64,000 nt of DNA from Eledone cirrhosa (taxonomy: Eukaryota). Where the stretch lies: NCBI GenBank assembly GCA_964016885.1, contig OZ024741.1:98580001-98644000 (forward strand), written 5' to 3'. Below, piece after piece: positions 1 to 13,698 of this stretch. Every line of letters begins with the position of its first letter. Position 1 is the stretch's first letter. The position numbers and the translations under genes were made by a program. The notes under the pieces are model-generated. The model was not told the DNA's origin. It searched no databases and saw only the letters and a program-made list of their open reading frames with translations.

Positions 1-40
1 GAAATAAATCTAAATTCAGAGTGTCCGTGGAATGGAATAG

Positions 41-43
<3 letters not shown>

Positions 44-135
<92 letters not shown>
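44..135. repeat. (GA)n microsatellite
   Basis: Uninterrupted gaga run. Confidence 0.95.
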
Positions 136-137
<2 letters not shown>

Positions 138-711
138 CAAAGAGACAAATGGAAAAGTCAAATTTAGTGTGTATATCTGCAGCAAAATTGTATAGACAGA
201 GTCGGAAGAGATAAGGAACAATATAAAGACCAGCGTATAGGGTAAAGAGAAAAGGAATAAAGAAAAGATATGATTATTGAGTAACTTTAGTTGAAACAAT
301 TCTGTTGCAGGCATTCTTTCAGGATTTCTGGCGACGAGAATAACGTATAAGACCTGGTTTCTTCTTACCTCCTCCCACTACCAACGCCTCTATGGGCCAA
401 TCAAAATGCCTCTATTTGGTTGATTCTCATAATATAAATAAGCACAAAATCATCTCAAATCATTGCCTACCATGTTACAAAACCGAATGGCACATTGCAT
501 GTTGTAACCCTAAAAACACTATCATTTTATTAAACTGCGGCCATGCTGGGGTATCACTATAAATGAATTTTAGTCGATCATATTAATCTACTGGACATAT
601 TCTTTCTTGTTGTTCTTTTTCACGCCTGGTACTAATTTTGTTGATATGTTTCAGCAGAACTATTAAGTTAGAGGACATAAACAAAAAATTAAACCTAAGC
701 GTAGCCCCTTT

Positions 712-759
<48 letters not shown>

Positions 760-959
760 CTGAATATTCTTTACAGGAGAGGGCCATCTCTTCAATGCTG
801 TGCTGAACAGCCATGAGCCCACGCCTCGCTCTTGCATGCTGTTTTACAGATGTGACACACTCGGTGCTCTGGGACAGTCCTGAACGTAACTTCCTCCTTA
901 TGCACTCTCATGTGCCGCTTGAGTCCAGCAGCAGACCTACAGGCTTTGGTGTAAAACTG

Positions 960-1420
960 ACACAAATACTTCGAAGGCCTTTCAAGGAGGACACCACAAT
1001 AATTGGCCCAGACTGCTGATTGCTGTGAGTGCTTAAATGACTAGCAAGCCTGGCACGAGAAAGGATAACTTTTCCGTCTACATCGCCTTTCCTGAGTGCT
1101 CTTTTAAACACCAAATGTTGCATCCTTTTGACTTCAAAATGATCACAACCATTATAAACCAGACTACTCCAATCGGATCTACTCTCTGCCTCTTCTTCCC
1201 AATTCTCATCACTAATACCAAGTTTCTTCAGTTTGCCTTTGACAACATCCCAGAAACGTTGTCAAGTGTAAATGTTGCCACTTAATGTTTAAAATGCACC
1301 TTAGCCAGTTCTGGTGGAATGTTTCCAATGTCTTGTAATGATGTCGGTATGTGGTCCAATTCTCAGAAAGCAGTCAGGACACAGGATTGGTAGACACTTA
1401 TATTAGTGCCAAACGTCCGA
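960..1420 (-). pseudogene. Decayed 3' ORF fragment of an RTE/BovB-like LINE with an internal deletion
   Basis: Manual minus-strand translation gives SENWTTYRHHYKTLETFHQNWLRCILNIKWQ, then RFWDVVKGKLKKLGISDENWEEEAESRSDW...KRALRKG, which resembles the post-RT region of RTE-clade ORFs. Confidence 0.7.
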
Positions 1421-1871
1421 TTATTTTATAGTTTAGTCATAGTATATTATAATATGTAGAATGGGCTTTGGCAGCTAAGGTTTTCCCCCGTGTAAGAACA
1501 AAAAGAGGAAGAGAGTGGAAAAACGAGAAGAAAGAAAATATAAATCAGAATGTGACAAAAATAGATAGAATATAATTATTGGAGTAAACAGCTTCACGGA
1601 CTGTGACTATTGTTGCTTATTCAAAGGCTAGCTCTCATTCCGCAAGCCTATAATCAAAGGCATTACTGCTGTATTCATACCGGATGTTTAAAGCATAGTT
1701 TCCGCTCAGGTGTTGCTGCAACGTTAACGTGGTCACTCTGCAACCCTGCAGTTATGAGTTCAGTCCAACTGCACCACAACTCGTACAAGCACCTATGGTT
1801 GATCAATGGGATTGTGAGCAATTTTGGTTGGCGGAATCCGTATCGAAATCCGTCGTATGTATGTATGGGTG

Positions 1872-1914
<43 letters not shown>

Positions 1915-2863
1915 CTGTGTGTGCTGTGCGAGAGTACGACGATCCCCTGGCGAGAATAGGATAGACGACTACACATAAATAGTAGTGACCTGAATGGTAC
2001 TAGTTCCACAGTTCGTGTGTTGATAGTCGAAGTTGGAGTTCAAGCTCACAGTTCGTGTTAGCGTGTTGGATTGTTGGTTCTTAAAAGATTGTTGTTCCGT
2101 TCCGTTACGTGTAGTTATTGCTGTGTGTTTCGATTATATTGTTATTACAATGCTGCAGTTATTCGTTTATCCATAAGGACATAACAATATATATATACCA
2201 TTATGCCAAATAAATGATCATGTTAACGTAAGACTTGATGTAATGACAAACGGCACCAACTGAATACATATATTTCTACGATATATGATATGTAGATTCT
2301 CCAGTTGTGTCGAGGGGTAACCACACCACAACTATAAATAACAAGAACTAACCCACTTCATCTGACTTTTATTGGTAATTTTAAATACATGAAACAGTTC
2401 TAGCCATGTAGAAGTCATTTCTATATAAAATAATATATATATATATATATGTGTGTGTGTCTATTTGTGAGTGTGTGTTTGTGTGTTTGTGTGCGTGTGT
2501 GTGTGTATGTGTTTTTCTAGGTTCGTATTTAAATCCATCTCCACCCATTATTACGGCCTCTTTTTTCACCACAACCTACACTGCCTGCTATCTGTCTGCC
2601 AGTATCCGATCAGCCTCTTTCGCAGCCGATCACCGTCCATCAACATTTACTATCAACGTATACTCTCTATTGCCCACCATCGCCTACCATATCGCTCGTT
2701 AATAAACATTCCTAGCTTGAAAACGATCGTCATTGATCCTTATTTTCCGGCACCCCATGATATAACATTGTCATCGCTGTTGGCTACCACCGCAGCACAC
2801 AATCTACGGTCTAATTACTTATATATGTATCAGAAAATGAAAAGGCTGAAGAATGTGTCTGAA

Positions 2864-2927
<64 letters not shown>

Positions 2928-3279
2928 TATGTGTGTGTTTGTGAGTGTGTGTGTGTTTGTGCGTGTCTGTGTGTGTCTGTGTAGGTGTGTTGGCGCACGT
3001 GTGTATGAGAATCTAAGAGAAATAGTAAGGAGCGGATGAGTGTAATTTTATATATTATAGAAGACAAGTAGAAATAAAGAGCGGGTTGTGGTTGTGGTTG
3101 TGAAAAAACAAATGAGTGAATTGGTTATATAAGTTCATGAATTACAAAGAGTAGACTGGGTAATGCTCATAATGACAAATAGAAGGAAACGAGAGGAAAT
3201 GAATGGTTTATATATATATATATATTATTATTATTAAAAATATTAATAATTGAAGACATTCATATAATCAAAATATATG

Positions 3280-3341
3280 TTTTATTATATATATTTCGGA
3301 GGTACTGTGCTGTTTTTTCAGTACGTCCTCATCAGATAAAA
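3280..3341 (-). ncRNA. Type I hammerhead ribozyme (family A1)
   Basis: Minus strand reads TTTTAT CTGATGA GGAcGTACTG-loop-CAGTACcTCC GAAA TATATA TA ATAAAA. Canonical core, stems I and II pair, palindromic stem III. Confidence 0.8.
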
Positions 3342-3921
3342 TACATGAATTGATGTATGACAAACGTCAACTGTCATGATGGTTCACTTCCAGTATTGGC
3401 AGTGATTTATTACAACAAATCTCAACATTTATATACCACAAATAATAACATGATAAACTTAAATATAATGAAGAAGAGGATATGGAGCGAGATATAAGTA
3501 TAAGGAGGGGGTGAGTATGAGAAAATGCAAGAAGAAATAAATAAACACATACATACATAAATATTTAAATGCGTAAATATACGTGTTAGGGAAGAAAAAG
3601 AGAGAGAGAGAGAGATAGAAGAGAAGAAAGAAGAGAGAAGAAAAAAGAAAAGATAGAAGGAGAGAGAGAGAGAGAGAGATAGAAGAGAGAAAAAGAAGGA
3701 AGGAAGAAAGAGATATGATGCGTTATTTTCAAATATTAAGTCAAATAGAAGCGAACAATTAAATACCATGAAATTTGTTTAATATCTTTTGTATTTGGTT
3801 ATGTTTAAGCTAATTATACTAATATATTATATCAAAATTAAACAATATAAACTGTAGAGTGCTTTTAATCTATTGTAAAACTATATTCATTGAGTTATCA
3901 ATGAACCATATTAATCTTTGG

Positions 3922-3958
<37 letters not shown>

Positions 3959-3960
<2 letters not shown>

Positions 3961-4540
3961 TCAAGATTAACTGAGACAAACATAGAGATACAATGTCTGT
4001 ACACTAATATATGTGTGTGAATTTTGTATATCTAATTATATATGCTATGTTTATGAATAACATTTTCAAAGCATTTTAGCTATGAATTTTGAAAGCTGAC
4101 GGCTAGCGCTATCTAGCGGATCCCGACAGAAGCACTAGAGCATAACTGTCAATGCGTTTCTGGCTTACGGCAATCATCAGGAGAGTGCTTCCTCCGCCCT
4201 GCTCTCAGCTTGAAATATAGGCAAAAATATATCATTTTTTTTCCGCCTATATATATGGGCTGATTAGCCTCATCTGCAAAATTCTATTTTCAGGCTGAGC
4301 CGGCCTGACAGCTCCACATACAAATGGGCATAATTAGCCTATTTACATAGGCGAAAAACTATATATCAAATTCCAGCAGAGAGCAGGGTGGGAGAAGCAC
4401 TTTCCTGATGACGGCCTTAAGCCAGAAACACTTTGTTATCCTCTACTGCTTCTGCTGGAATCCACTACATGGCACTAGCTGTCAGTTTACCAAATATTTA
4501 TTCGTAAACATACCTTATACCATTAGATATACAAATTCAT
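3959..4540. mobile_element. Old foldback element (imperfect ~500-bp palindrome) with a decayed HHR in each arm
   Basis: Arms pair (gtatatctaat/attagatatac, aagctgacggctag/ctagctgtcagttt, gagagtgctt/aagcactttc). CTGATGA..GAAA cores at 4146-4185 (-) and ~4400-4438 (+). (TA)n on both sides. Confidence 0.65.
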
Positions 4541-4712
4541 ATATATATATATACGTGTGTATGTGTATGTTTGTGAGTGCATATATATATCGACAGCTAG
4601 ATCTAGCTGTCGAAACGACCGGAGATCAGCCGTCGGGGTCCTGACTCTTTTCCTATTACCCACTCTGCTACCCTAAGTATGTATGTATGTATGTATATAT
4701 ATATATTTATAC

Positions 4713-4826
<114 letters not shown>

Positions 4827-4869
4827 CAATATATTAATAAATGGAAACTATATTTATAAAACCATAATT

Positions 4870-4931
4870 ATTTTATTATATATATTTCAAGGGCAACAAG
4901 GTAATTTTGGTGCGCTTTCATCAGATAAAAT
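4870..4931 (-). ncRNA. Type I hammerhead ribozyme (family A2, inverted copy)
   Basis: Reverse-complement copy of 4948-5010 with minor stem II differences. Confidence 0.7.
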
Positions 4932-4947
4932 ACAAAATATTATATAT

Positions 4948-5010
4948 ATTTTATCTGATGAAAGCGCACCAAAATTACCTTGGTTGCTCTTGAAATATAT
5001 ATAATAAAAT
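4948..5010 (+). ncRNA. Type I hammerhead ribozyme (family A2)
   Basis: ATTTTAT CTGATGA AAGCGCACCA-aaattacct-TGGTTGCTCTT GAAA TATATA TA ATAAAAT. Confidence 0.8.
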
Positions 5011-5141
5011 AATTATGGTTTTATAAATATAGTTTCCATTTATTAATATATTGAATATTTACTCCAGTAACTTATTGAGTGCTTTATATCAGTTATAAAA
5101 CTTTTAAGCTTGTTGAATCCCAACAAATTAAATATAACTTC

Positions 5142-5203
<62 letters not shown>

Positions 5204-6599
5204 AACACACATATGTAACGAACATTGCGAGAGAGGGAGAGTGAGATAAAGAGACTAAATGTAGAAAAGAGAGATCAAGTGGAAATAGTGAAATAAATAT
5301 ATATGATAAAACTGTACAGCTGTATTTAAAAACAACGGCACGAACAAACTCGCATGCGAAACAAAAAAAATTAAAGAAGAATAAAAGAAAGAAAGAAAAA
5401 GGAAAGAGATGGGATGAATCAGAAAAATGAAAAAAAATAGGAGACTATAAAATAAAAGGAAAATATGTCATGAAAATGTTGACTTCAGAAAGAAATACGA
5501 GATGGTGTCAGGCATTTTGAGACACTTGGCGATAATTTGGAAGGTGTGTCAAGAATTCTTTACAAGGAATCACTGAATGACACGGCAAACAGCTAAAACA
5601 TATAATAATGTTCATTGGTGGAAATATAAAGAGTAGTAAAAGATTTATTTCTAAAAATGTATAAAGAAATTGTTTAATCCAAGAAATGCTATAAAGATAG
5701 CTTATAAAACAGAGTGAAAGCCCCCCCCCCCCCAAAAAAAAAAGACAGAAAAAAAGTTACCATCGATATATGTATGCATAAGTTATTCTTTGAAATTTAT
5801 ATAATGTTTCTTCCTAGTATTCAGGCTGTTAACTAACAAAGTGAGAAAATATGTTGCCTTTGTGTCAGAACATTTAAAGTAATTATACATAAGTGGTTGT
5901 ATGTACTTGCCCCCATGTTTATATATCTTTTGAACATGAACATACGAGTGTGTATGTGTGTGTATGTGGGTGGATAACATATGCCCTCGTGTAGTTATAT
6001 GCTTATATCCATTATAAGCAATATATATTAATTCTAGAAGACTGGCATCACGGTTAAACTTACGTGCTGTTTAAAAAAAAAAAGCCTGACTGTCGGCGAC
6101 CATTTTTAGCAAATACTCTGAACATAACTTCATGATTAATGGCTTTGGTGAAGCCAAAATCAAAATCGTATATAAAAGTATGTGTTTATCTTCGCAATTC
6201 GTCTGTAGCTGGATTATCGTTTAATCCGGTTATATGGTGTGTTTTTTTAGGAATGTATTTTTAGAAATGTATAAGTGGATTGGTGCATCGATAGATTTAG
6301 TGCGATGTTATTCAGAGATATTTGACTGCACAATCATGTTTAAGAAATTAATTCAAATATTTCCCTACCAGTAGTTGATATCTGCTTGCTCCTTTGTACA
6401 TTTTTAGCGTTATTAGATATAGCAGGTTTTGATCCTGTTATACTAAAATCGTAGAATACGTTAGTTATACTGAACGAACAACTTATGTCACGCATATGAA
6501 CCAATTTCTGGATTCAGGCATGTTTTTAAATTCGTTCAATCGTTCCTTGTTTTGGACTGAAGACTTTGTTTTCTTAAAAAAGCTTTTGTGTGTATAATC

Positions 6600-7030
6600 C
6601 TTGATATTTCAGTAGCAAAGAAATTTTGTTCATTTTCTGCCCGTCCTCTCCTCTAAATGGGTTTCTTTTGTCAAACCATATTTGGAGATTTCTTGTGATG
6701 AAGCGTAAATATTCCTGAGAAGATAAAGATGTACCTTTTTTTAGGGTGAACCATGTGTTTATATGGCGCCGTAATATTTCGGAGCACAACACCATTTTAA
6801 TTAATCTTTCGATGCTTTCATTTCGAATTGGGCCAATCCACAGATTGCATTCCTAACCTTTCCTCATATTGAGGTCGCCAATCCCGATAATTCTGTCTCC
6901 ATTTGTTATTATAAATAGGTCACATTCTAAGGTAGCTGAAAATTCCGATTTAATTTCCACGTCAATCGTGGGCATATATATATCGATGACAGTTGTATAT
7001 TTGTTAAACCCAGGAAGCTTTGAGCTAAGA
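6600..7030 (-). pseudogene. Decayed LINE apurinic-type (APE) endonuclease fragment
   Basis: Minus-strand translation TTVIDIYMPT...RIIGIGDLN...ERLIKMVLC...HINTWF matches the YAPT / GDFN / NTWF motif order. A stop codon is present. Confidence 0.55.
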
Positions 7031-7238
7031 CGTTAATTTTTCACGAAAGGCAGAGTACATACATATAATTTCGTGTATGTGTCTACATATGCATGTAAGG
7101 TTCTATATATGCATGTATGTAAGTTGATTTGCATTATATACATATTCACACATTATATACATTAAATATGTATTTAAATTACTTGGCATTATAACAATAT
7201 TTTCTCAAGTGAAAACGTGGACAAATATATTCCCTGTC

Positions 7239-7288
<50 letters not shown>

Positions 7289-7828
7289 TATGTGTGTATG
7301 TGTATGCATATATGCTTGTATACATGTATGTATGTAAGTGTATTTGTTTGTGTTTATATATGTATGTGTGAGTGAGGTTCTGAGTGTTGGTTTGTGTTTT
7401 TACGTTTAAGTTATGAGATTGATTGTGTGTACGAATGTTTGTGCCTGCGCAGATGATTTCCATGTTTTGTTATGTGCAGTGTCTGTATCGAAGTATGAGT
7501 TAAGAGTACACCAATGCATGTTGTGAAGCACTAAGATACATTTGTTAATTAATACTCTGAATATAACCTCTACGACATCTTATAAATACTTGTTGAAATT
7601 ATTTCTTCACATTCCAATTCCTATCACAACAGAACCATTCCTGTTTTAACTGTTTATCTCTCCCCTCTCACTCTCACTCTCTCTCATTCTCACCCTCACC
7701 CTCCACTCTCTCTCTCTCCCCATCTCGTTCTCTGTAAATACATATATGTGTGTGTGCATGTGTGTGCATGCGTGTGTGTGTATGTGGGTGTGAGTATGTG
7801 TTTGTGTGTGAGTATGTGTATGTGTGTG

Positions 7829-7901
<73 letters not shown>

Positions 7902-9278
7902 ATTTCAATGCCCTCTCTACCTTTCTATATTTTCTCACACGTACATTTTATTTTTAATAGAGTTAGTAGTGAAGAACTGGCAACGCACGGAAACCTTTAC
8001 AGCGGGAATATTTCTATTAAGAAAAATGTCCGAAAACGACTTTTTCATTGACGAATATAACGCCTGCTTTCCACCACTCATAAATACAAGGCAAAACGCC
8101 GCCGCCACCAGTACTACCTCAGTCTCAACAGGGTAAATTTTATTAGCAGAGAAAAGTACCTCCGCTGCTCTGATCAATGCTACCATCATTTTCTCATTCA
8201 CTACAACTGTAAGTTTGAAACCTACAGTAGAATATACAGCATAGCTGGAGCAAAAGCTTGTTCTGGGAGAAATTCATCCCAAATGATGAGGATTTGAATG
8301 ATGCCAGAAATGTTATAAAGAGAGATGAGTGAAGGGAAAACTTCAGCAATCCATGGAGGGGGAAGAAACGTACGCAACATTGTAGAATCATTTTTTTCTG
8401 CAATGAAGTAATATCACGCCAGATTAAAGGAAAAGTAAGGTGCACATTTGAGAGTGCATAGAGTGTGTATTGGATATATAATCAAAAACACATCACCAGA
8501 AGAATACGGCTTGGTAGTGGTGAGATTCGGGACTGAGTCAAAAGCAAAATAGCTTTCTTTATCACCTCTATGGAGTGAGTCATTAATCTTAGTCCCAAAA
8601 TATCGCGGACAGCGCCTGACTAAAATGGGGTTCTCCCAAGTACAACCCAAAATATCTATTCTCAAGTTAGTTGCATCTTACCCAACATGATCGGGAATAA
8701 GTACAAGCCTTACCTAAATGATCCATCAATGCATAGAAGCTATCGCGACTTCTTGAGAGCACCTCTCCGTATGTGGCAATAGAAAACAACAGTTCACGTG
8801 CCCCACATATGACGGTGTTTTCCATAAAATTGGACATTCTGCCCACAGATAGCATTGAGAGAGGAATAGCAGCCAGACTTGTTAATGCCGCAAATGAAGC
8901 GACGACATCGCCAACATTGGGCAACCGCACTAGCAGAATGGCCACAGAGTCTGAAGAATCAACAGCAGCAGTACCTACAAATACATATTAGCGGCGAAAG
9001 TGATGTAAAAACAACAGCAGCAGTGGCAACACCAGCAGCAGCAACGAAAACAATAGCAACAAAACGAGCAATTTCAGAAACAATTGTACCAATACCTATA
9101 GTAACCACATACAACACATGCAACAAAAATAAGCAGTAGCTACAACAATCACAAGAACGACAGGAATAACTGGGTGTTTCAAAAGCCGATAAGAATCACT
9201 GAAATACAGTAATGGATGGCCGGCTGAAAGAGAATTAATTCGCCCTGTTCTTATGGTCTATTCTACGAGCATTATGTT

Positions 9279-9462
9279 TGGATTGGCAGTATTGGTAGCG
9301 GATCTGACGCCATGCGTTGCAGCACAGAGTTATGCCCCTTTACGGTCTGAGTTCAAATCTCGCCGAGGTTAACTTTGCCTTTCAACCTTACGGGGTCGAT
9401 AAAATAAAGTACCAGTAATGCTCTGGGATAACTGCTGGCCTTGTGCCAAAAGTAGAAACAAT
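9279..9462 (+). mobile_element. tRNA-derived SINE (family S1)
   Basis: A-box-like tggcagtattggtag, B box gagttcaaatc, shared body gcctttca..ggggtcgataaaataaagtaccag. Many copies in the window. Confidence 0.85.
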
Positions 9463-10079
9463 TATGTTTATATGCCAAACGTGTTCAAAAAATTCCTCTC
9501 ATGCGCTTCCACAAAGATTCTATCTACCATATTTCACTGCCAATGCATTTATAGAGTTAGCATGCCAAAGGGGACAGATCAAACCCGAAATCAGATCAAA
9601 CCCACAGTCAGATCAACTCGAAATCACATTGTTGCGAAACAAATATCTTAATCACACAGTCTTACTTCAATGAAGTAGCTTACGGTTCGAGCCATATTCA
9701 AGATCTTACCCGATTGGGAGTAAAATAGTTAATACATAATATATACAGTTCACCCTGCAACAAATCTGTTTTCAGGTTTGGCTAATATTAATCTTGTGTA
9801 GCATGACATGAAGGTGGTAAATTCTTTTGCTAACATCCGTGTTTAAATGTAAATTTAAAAAATACATGAATTGCCTGCATTCGTAAGCTCCATTATTTCG
9901 CGACTGAGAGGATTAAAAGGTGTTTATAGCGCATTTATAATAGAATATCCATTATAGGATGTCATTGTAAAGTGAAAACCACTCAAGATTATACAACTCT
10001 ATTGTTCAACTCAATTTGTTATGCAATCAGTCAGAATCTGCTGAAATTATTTTGCCTATTCTCATTTTAGTAAACAAAT

Positions 10080-11480
10080 CCCGCAGCGACTCCAATGATA
10101 TTTATTTTGTCTGTTTGTCTGTCCGTTCTTTGGAATATGAAAGTATAGCCCGAGAATTTAATCACTTGTATAACATTCTTAACTATAAGTTATGTCTTGA
10201 TTTGTTTTGCGAGAGAACGTGTTCGTTCAGCCGTGTAGGATCTAAAGGTTGATAAATTGTAGAAATTGCTTGCCATCTGCAGTTCTTTGTTCCTCTCAGA
10301 TTGACTTCAATGTTAACAACATAACAGAGGTCTCTCGTATAAATTTTAAATCCTGGAACCTGAGCAATCGAAAAAATTATGTCAAGGTTATCGGCCTACT
10401 TTACCTTAATAACATTGATTTCTGATGAGTTGTTCTCTTTGTGTGTCGCCTTTAGAAGAATATCACTGGCTTTAAATAAGAATTGTTACTCCTGTTCTTC
10501 AATGCAAGGGATTATTGTTACAAACCCTAAATATACATGCAAGGAAAAAGTAGCTTACCCAATTCCTATTTCGATTTTTCTATGGACCTTTTGCTTCCAT
10601 CATAATATAGGTTCTGATAGTGAACGATTCGAGTGATTTCCACACAGTATAATAGAGAATATCAAACGAATCTTCCTTATAACTTTCAAACTTGTTTGGT
10701 AATTTCAGCCTTTCATTGACCATTTGCTGACAGCATTTTAGCAGTGATTTTGATCAATTGTCTGTATGCCAATACAGAAACTCTTTGATATTAAATCGCA
10801 AGAAGAAAGTAATCATGTCCATTTGAGCTTGACATTCTAATTATATGGTCTTGAAGAAGAGCACGAACTTCTGACACACCCATTCTTACAAAACTCAAAC
10901 AGGAATGAATAATTGTCAAGAACTTGTTGAAAATAAGCAGCTCGTACTACACATCAAGTTACATTAAAATTTAAGATACCACTAGACGTCAATTTGCATT
11001 CAAAATTTTCCTGGCTTTCTCTTTCAGCTCAAGTAAATTATTTCTCTTCGGTGAATCCTTGATTAGAATAACAATCTAGTTTTAAAGTTTCTCATCACAT
11101 CAGATAGTAGCTTGCCGTTGCCCTGAAATTTCCTTCATATTCGCATGTAAAGAATATAATTGACAGAGTATTGCTAAGGCCTTTGGTTGAAGTTCTTCCA
11201 AACGCTTGACCACTCAATTTTTGCCAAGTCATACACTCCCGCATTTGCATAAATGCAGTTACAATCATGTGTGTGCATCTAGGATAACTGAAAATGTTAA
11301 CGATATTATATCCGGCAAACAATATAACCACCGAGAACATTCATTGGTCAGCCAGCATTTAACGATTCAACGAATACATAAACTAAATTGTTCATTGTTA
11401 GATGCACCGGTTTACTCATCGGCAAATACAATTCTCATAAAAGAATCAGTCATTATAAAACAGAATTAATTTTGATAAAA
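10080..11480 (-). pseudogene. Heavily decayed hAT transposase (Ac/ZMYM1-like)
   Basis: Minus-strand motifs in the correct order: ADE..SNNEQFSLCIR (~11370-11425), IKDSPKR (~11050), and a dimerisation-domain remnant ER.FS..KQIKT*L..M...LNS.AIL (~10140-10240). Many stops and frameshifts. Confidence 0.65.
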
Positions 11481-13666
11481 CTAAAATGAAAGAAAGTAGC
11501 GTAGTTTGTTGCTTTCTTTGTTTAGAAGTCCATGAAACACCTTATTAAACAAAGTTTTGAATCAAAACAAGAAATATTTTCAGTGTACCATTTGTCATTT
11601 TATTTAACTATATTAGCCAGGAAAATCATTTTAACATTTTCAGACCAACATCATTTATAAAAACTTAAATAAATTAACTTCAAAAACGCTTTGTAATATT
11701 TTGTGCATTTAATCCATTGAGTCTGTTGAGTCTAGTGAATTAACACAGCTTTTAATATATAAATTATTAAATTGTTAAACTATGTTTAAACATAAGCAAC
11801 ATGTTTAGATGGATCTCTCAAATTTCAAGCCAGGCCTGAAAGTTTACAAATTTTATCTGGGACTGCATGGTACAATATCGGTGATAATGTGCAATTTTCT
11901 ATTTAGTTATACTACAATGTAAACGAAAGCATACACAATTAAATACAAAGTTAACACGGCTAGGTTTTGATGAGAAAAGTTTGCTAGTTTACACTGCACT
12001 ATCAGTTCAAATCACACCAAGATCAACTTTGTTTTTCGTCCGTTTGGAACTGAACTTATAAAATAAAGTACTTGAAAGGGGTTATTGACTGGTAGAATAC
12101 ACAGAGAGTTGGATGAGATGCCTTGTGTTATTTGTTTTGGCTCTTTCCGTTCTGAGTTCTAATCTTGTTATTGGCCTCTTGAGTGTTCAACATGCTCCGT
12201 TGTTTAGTTTAACGCCATAGCCTGGCTTTTGGAGGATTATAGTGGAATCCATTCTATCGCAGATATTCCTGTAAGGCATCCGGTTTCAGGATGCTTTCCT
12301 TCTTCCCTCTGAAAATTTCCAATGACCTAAAAAGAACCCAGTGCACTACTCTCCCCTCCTTGACTAAGCAGTAAATAGAAATCGACTGTAAACAGAGTAA
12401 GCTCTGAAATCAGTATTCTAGTTTCTGTTGACTTACATATAAGAGCATATCGATATTACAATCTAAGTCGGCGTAAGTCATGTGAAAACCTATACAATTT
12501 ATTTTTTTAATTCTGACCATAACCTGTTTATTTTTGCACGTGATACATTATGCTCCTGTTATCGACCATAAACATATTTTTCCATATAATGATATCATCC
12601 AGGCATAAAAAGGTTAATTGATAAACTAATACAACTAACAATTCTCATTAGAAATTTAAAAAAACAACCAACTCATAAAACAGAATAATTACCAGCTTAG
12701 TTTTCACAACCATTTGTAATACGTGAAGATTGAATGTAAAACGATCGTGGCATTCTATCTGCCCCGTCATTTACCCTCTGTAGACAAATAACAGTAAATC
12801 GATATGATATATATATACAGTAATAATTTTCCACTTCATTTACCTGTATGTACTTCATTATTCCTCAACTATAAGTCGCTAATTCATCTAGTATGTTAAA
12901 ACAGACATAAAATATTTTAGACTACTTTGTTTTTTCTTATATGATTTTTATTCTCACATTCCATTCACCCGACACCACAGTCCCTCTTTAGAATACATCA
13001 ATCTCTATGTTATTTTACAAATATATTATATTCATTCATATGTTTGAAAGCCTTTACAGTCTTGCTGCTGACAGTTACTTGTTAAATATAGCTCAATTTC
13101 TCCGACGTTTTACCGATGTAACGAATTGAGTGCTGCTTAAAATTTGTGATGGTTCGTCTAACTCGGGTAGCCTGATTCTGAGAAGAAAGTAACTCAAACA
13201 CACAAAGAAAATGCATTTTAGTTTACACGAAAATAAGTTAATTTGTATACTATTCGTTGGAAACCACCGAATATGGCAATACATTACATATTAACATAAA
13301 ACAGCGGGTAAACCGAGGCATATTTATAAATATTTATATGATTAAAACAAATCATAGCAAGCCAGAATAAATTATTTTTATGACAAAAACTTGATTTTCT
13401 TTTCTTTACTTTTATAAATTTGCCACAGTGCTGCAAATATTCATTGTTCAGCTTTGCAATATTTCAGGATATCTACAGTGGATTCTAATTTCCGTACAAA
13501 GCCAGAAAATTTAAGATTGAGTTAAACGCAATTAAATCCACCCCACTTATTTTATTTGCCCGTCCCTAGAGAATACAGAAAGGACAAAGGTGGAATTTGA
13601 GCTCATATTGCCGAAAGCATTTCTGTCCAAGGCTCCACCGTTCTTAATTATTCCTCAAAATATCAC

Positions 13667-13698
<32 letters not shown>

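Larger units (their letters stand above)
4827..5144. mobile_element. Foldback HHR element (family A2): inverted arms 4827-4931 and 4948-5053 plus a ~90-nt tail, within (TA)n
   Basis: Near-perfect inverted repeat, each arm carrying an HHR fold. Confidence 0.8.

Noticed and set aside
1450-2800. Solo-LTR-like segments ending in ...ATAACA (also 38177-38516)
   Set aside because: I could not establish a TSD, PBS or second copy.
6870-6930. Malic-enzyme-like GDRIIGIGDL motif
   Set aside because: The flanking motifs fit a LINE APE endonuclease (GD.N), and a stop codon follows.
8480-8860. Possible decayed L1/Tx1 ORF1 (KIGH knuckle remnant)
   Set aside because: Too degenerate to support without a profile search.
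9279-9462. tRNA gene
   Set aside because: A/B boxes are present but continue into a shared SINE body, and there is no cloverleaf.
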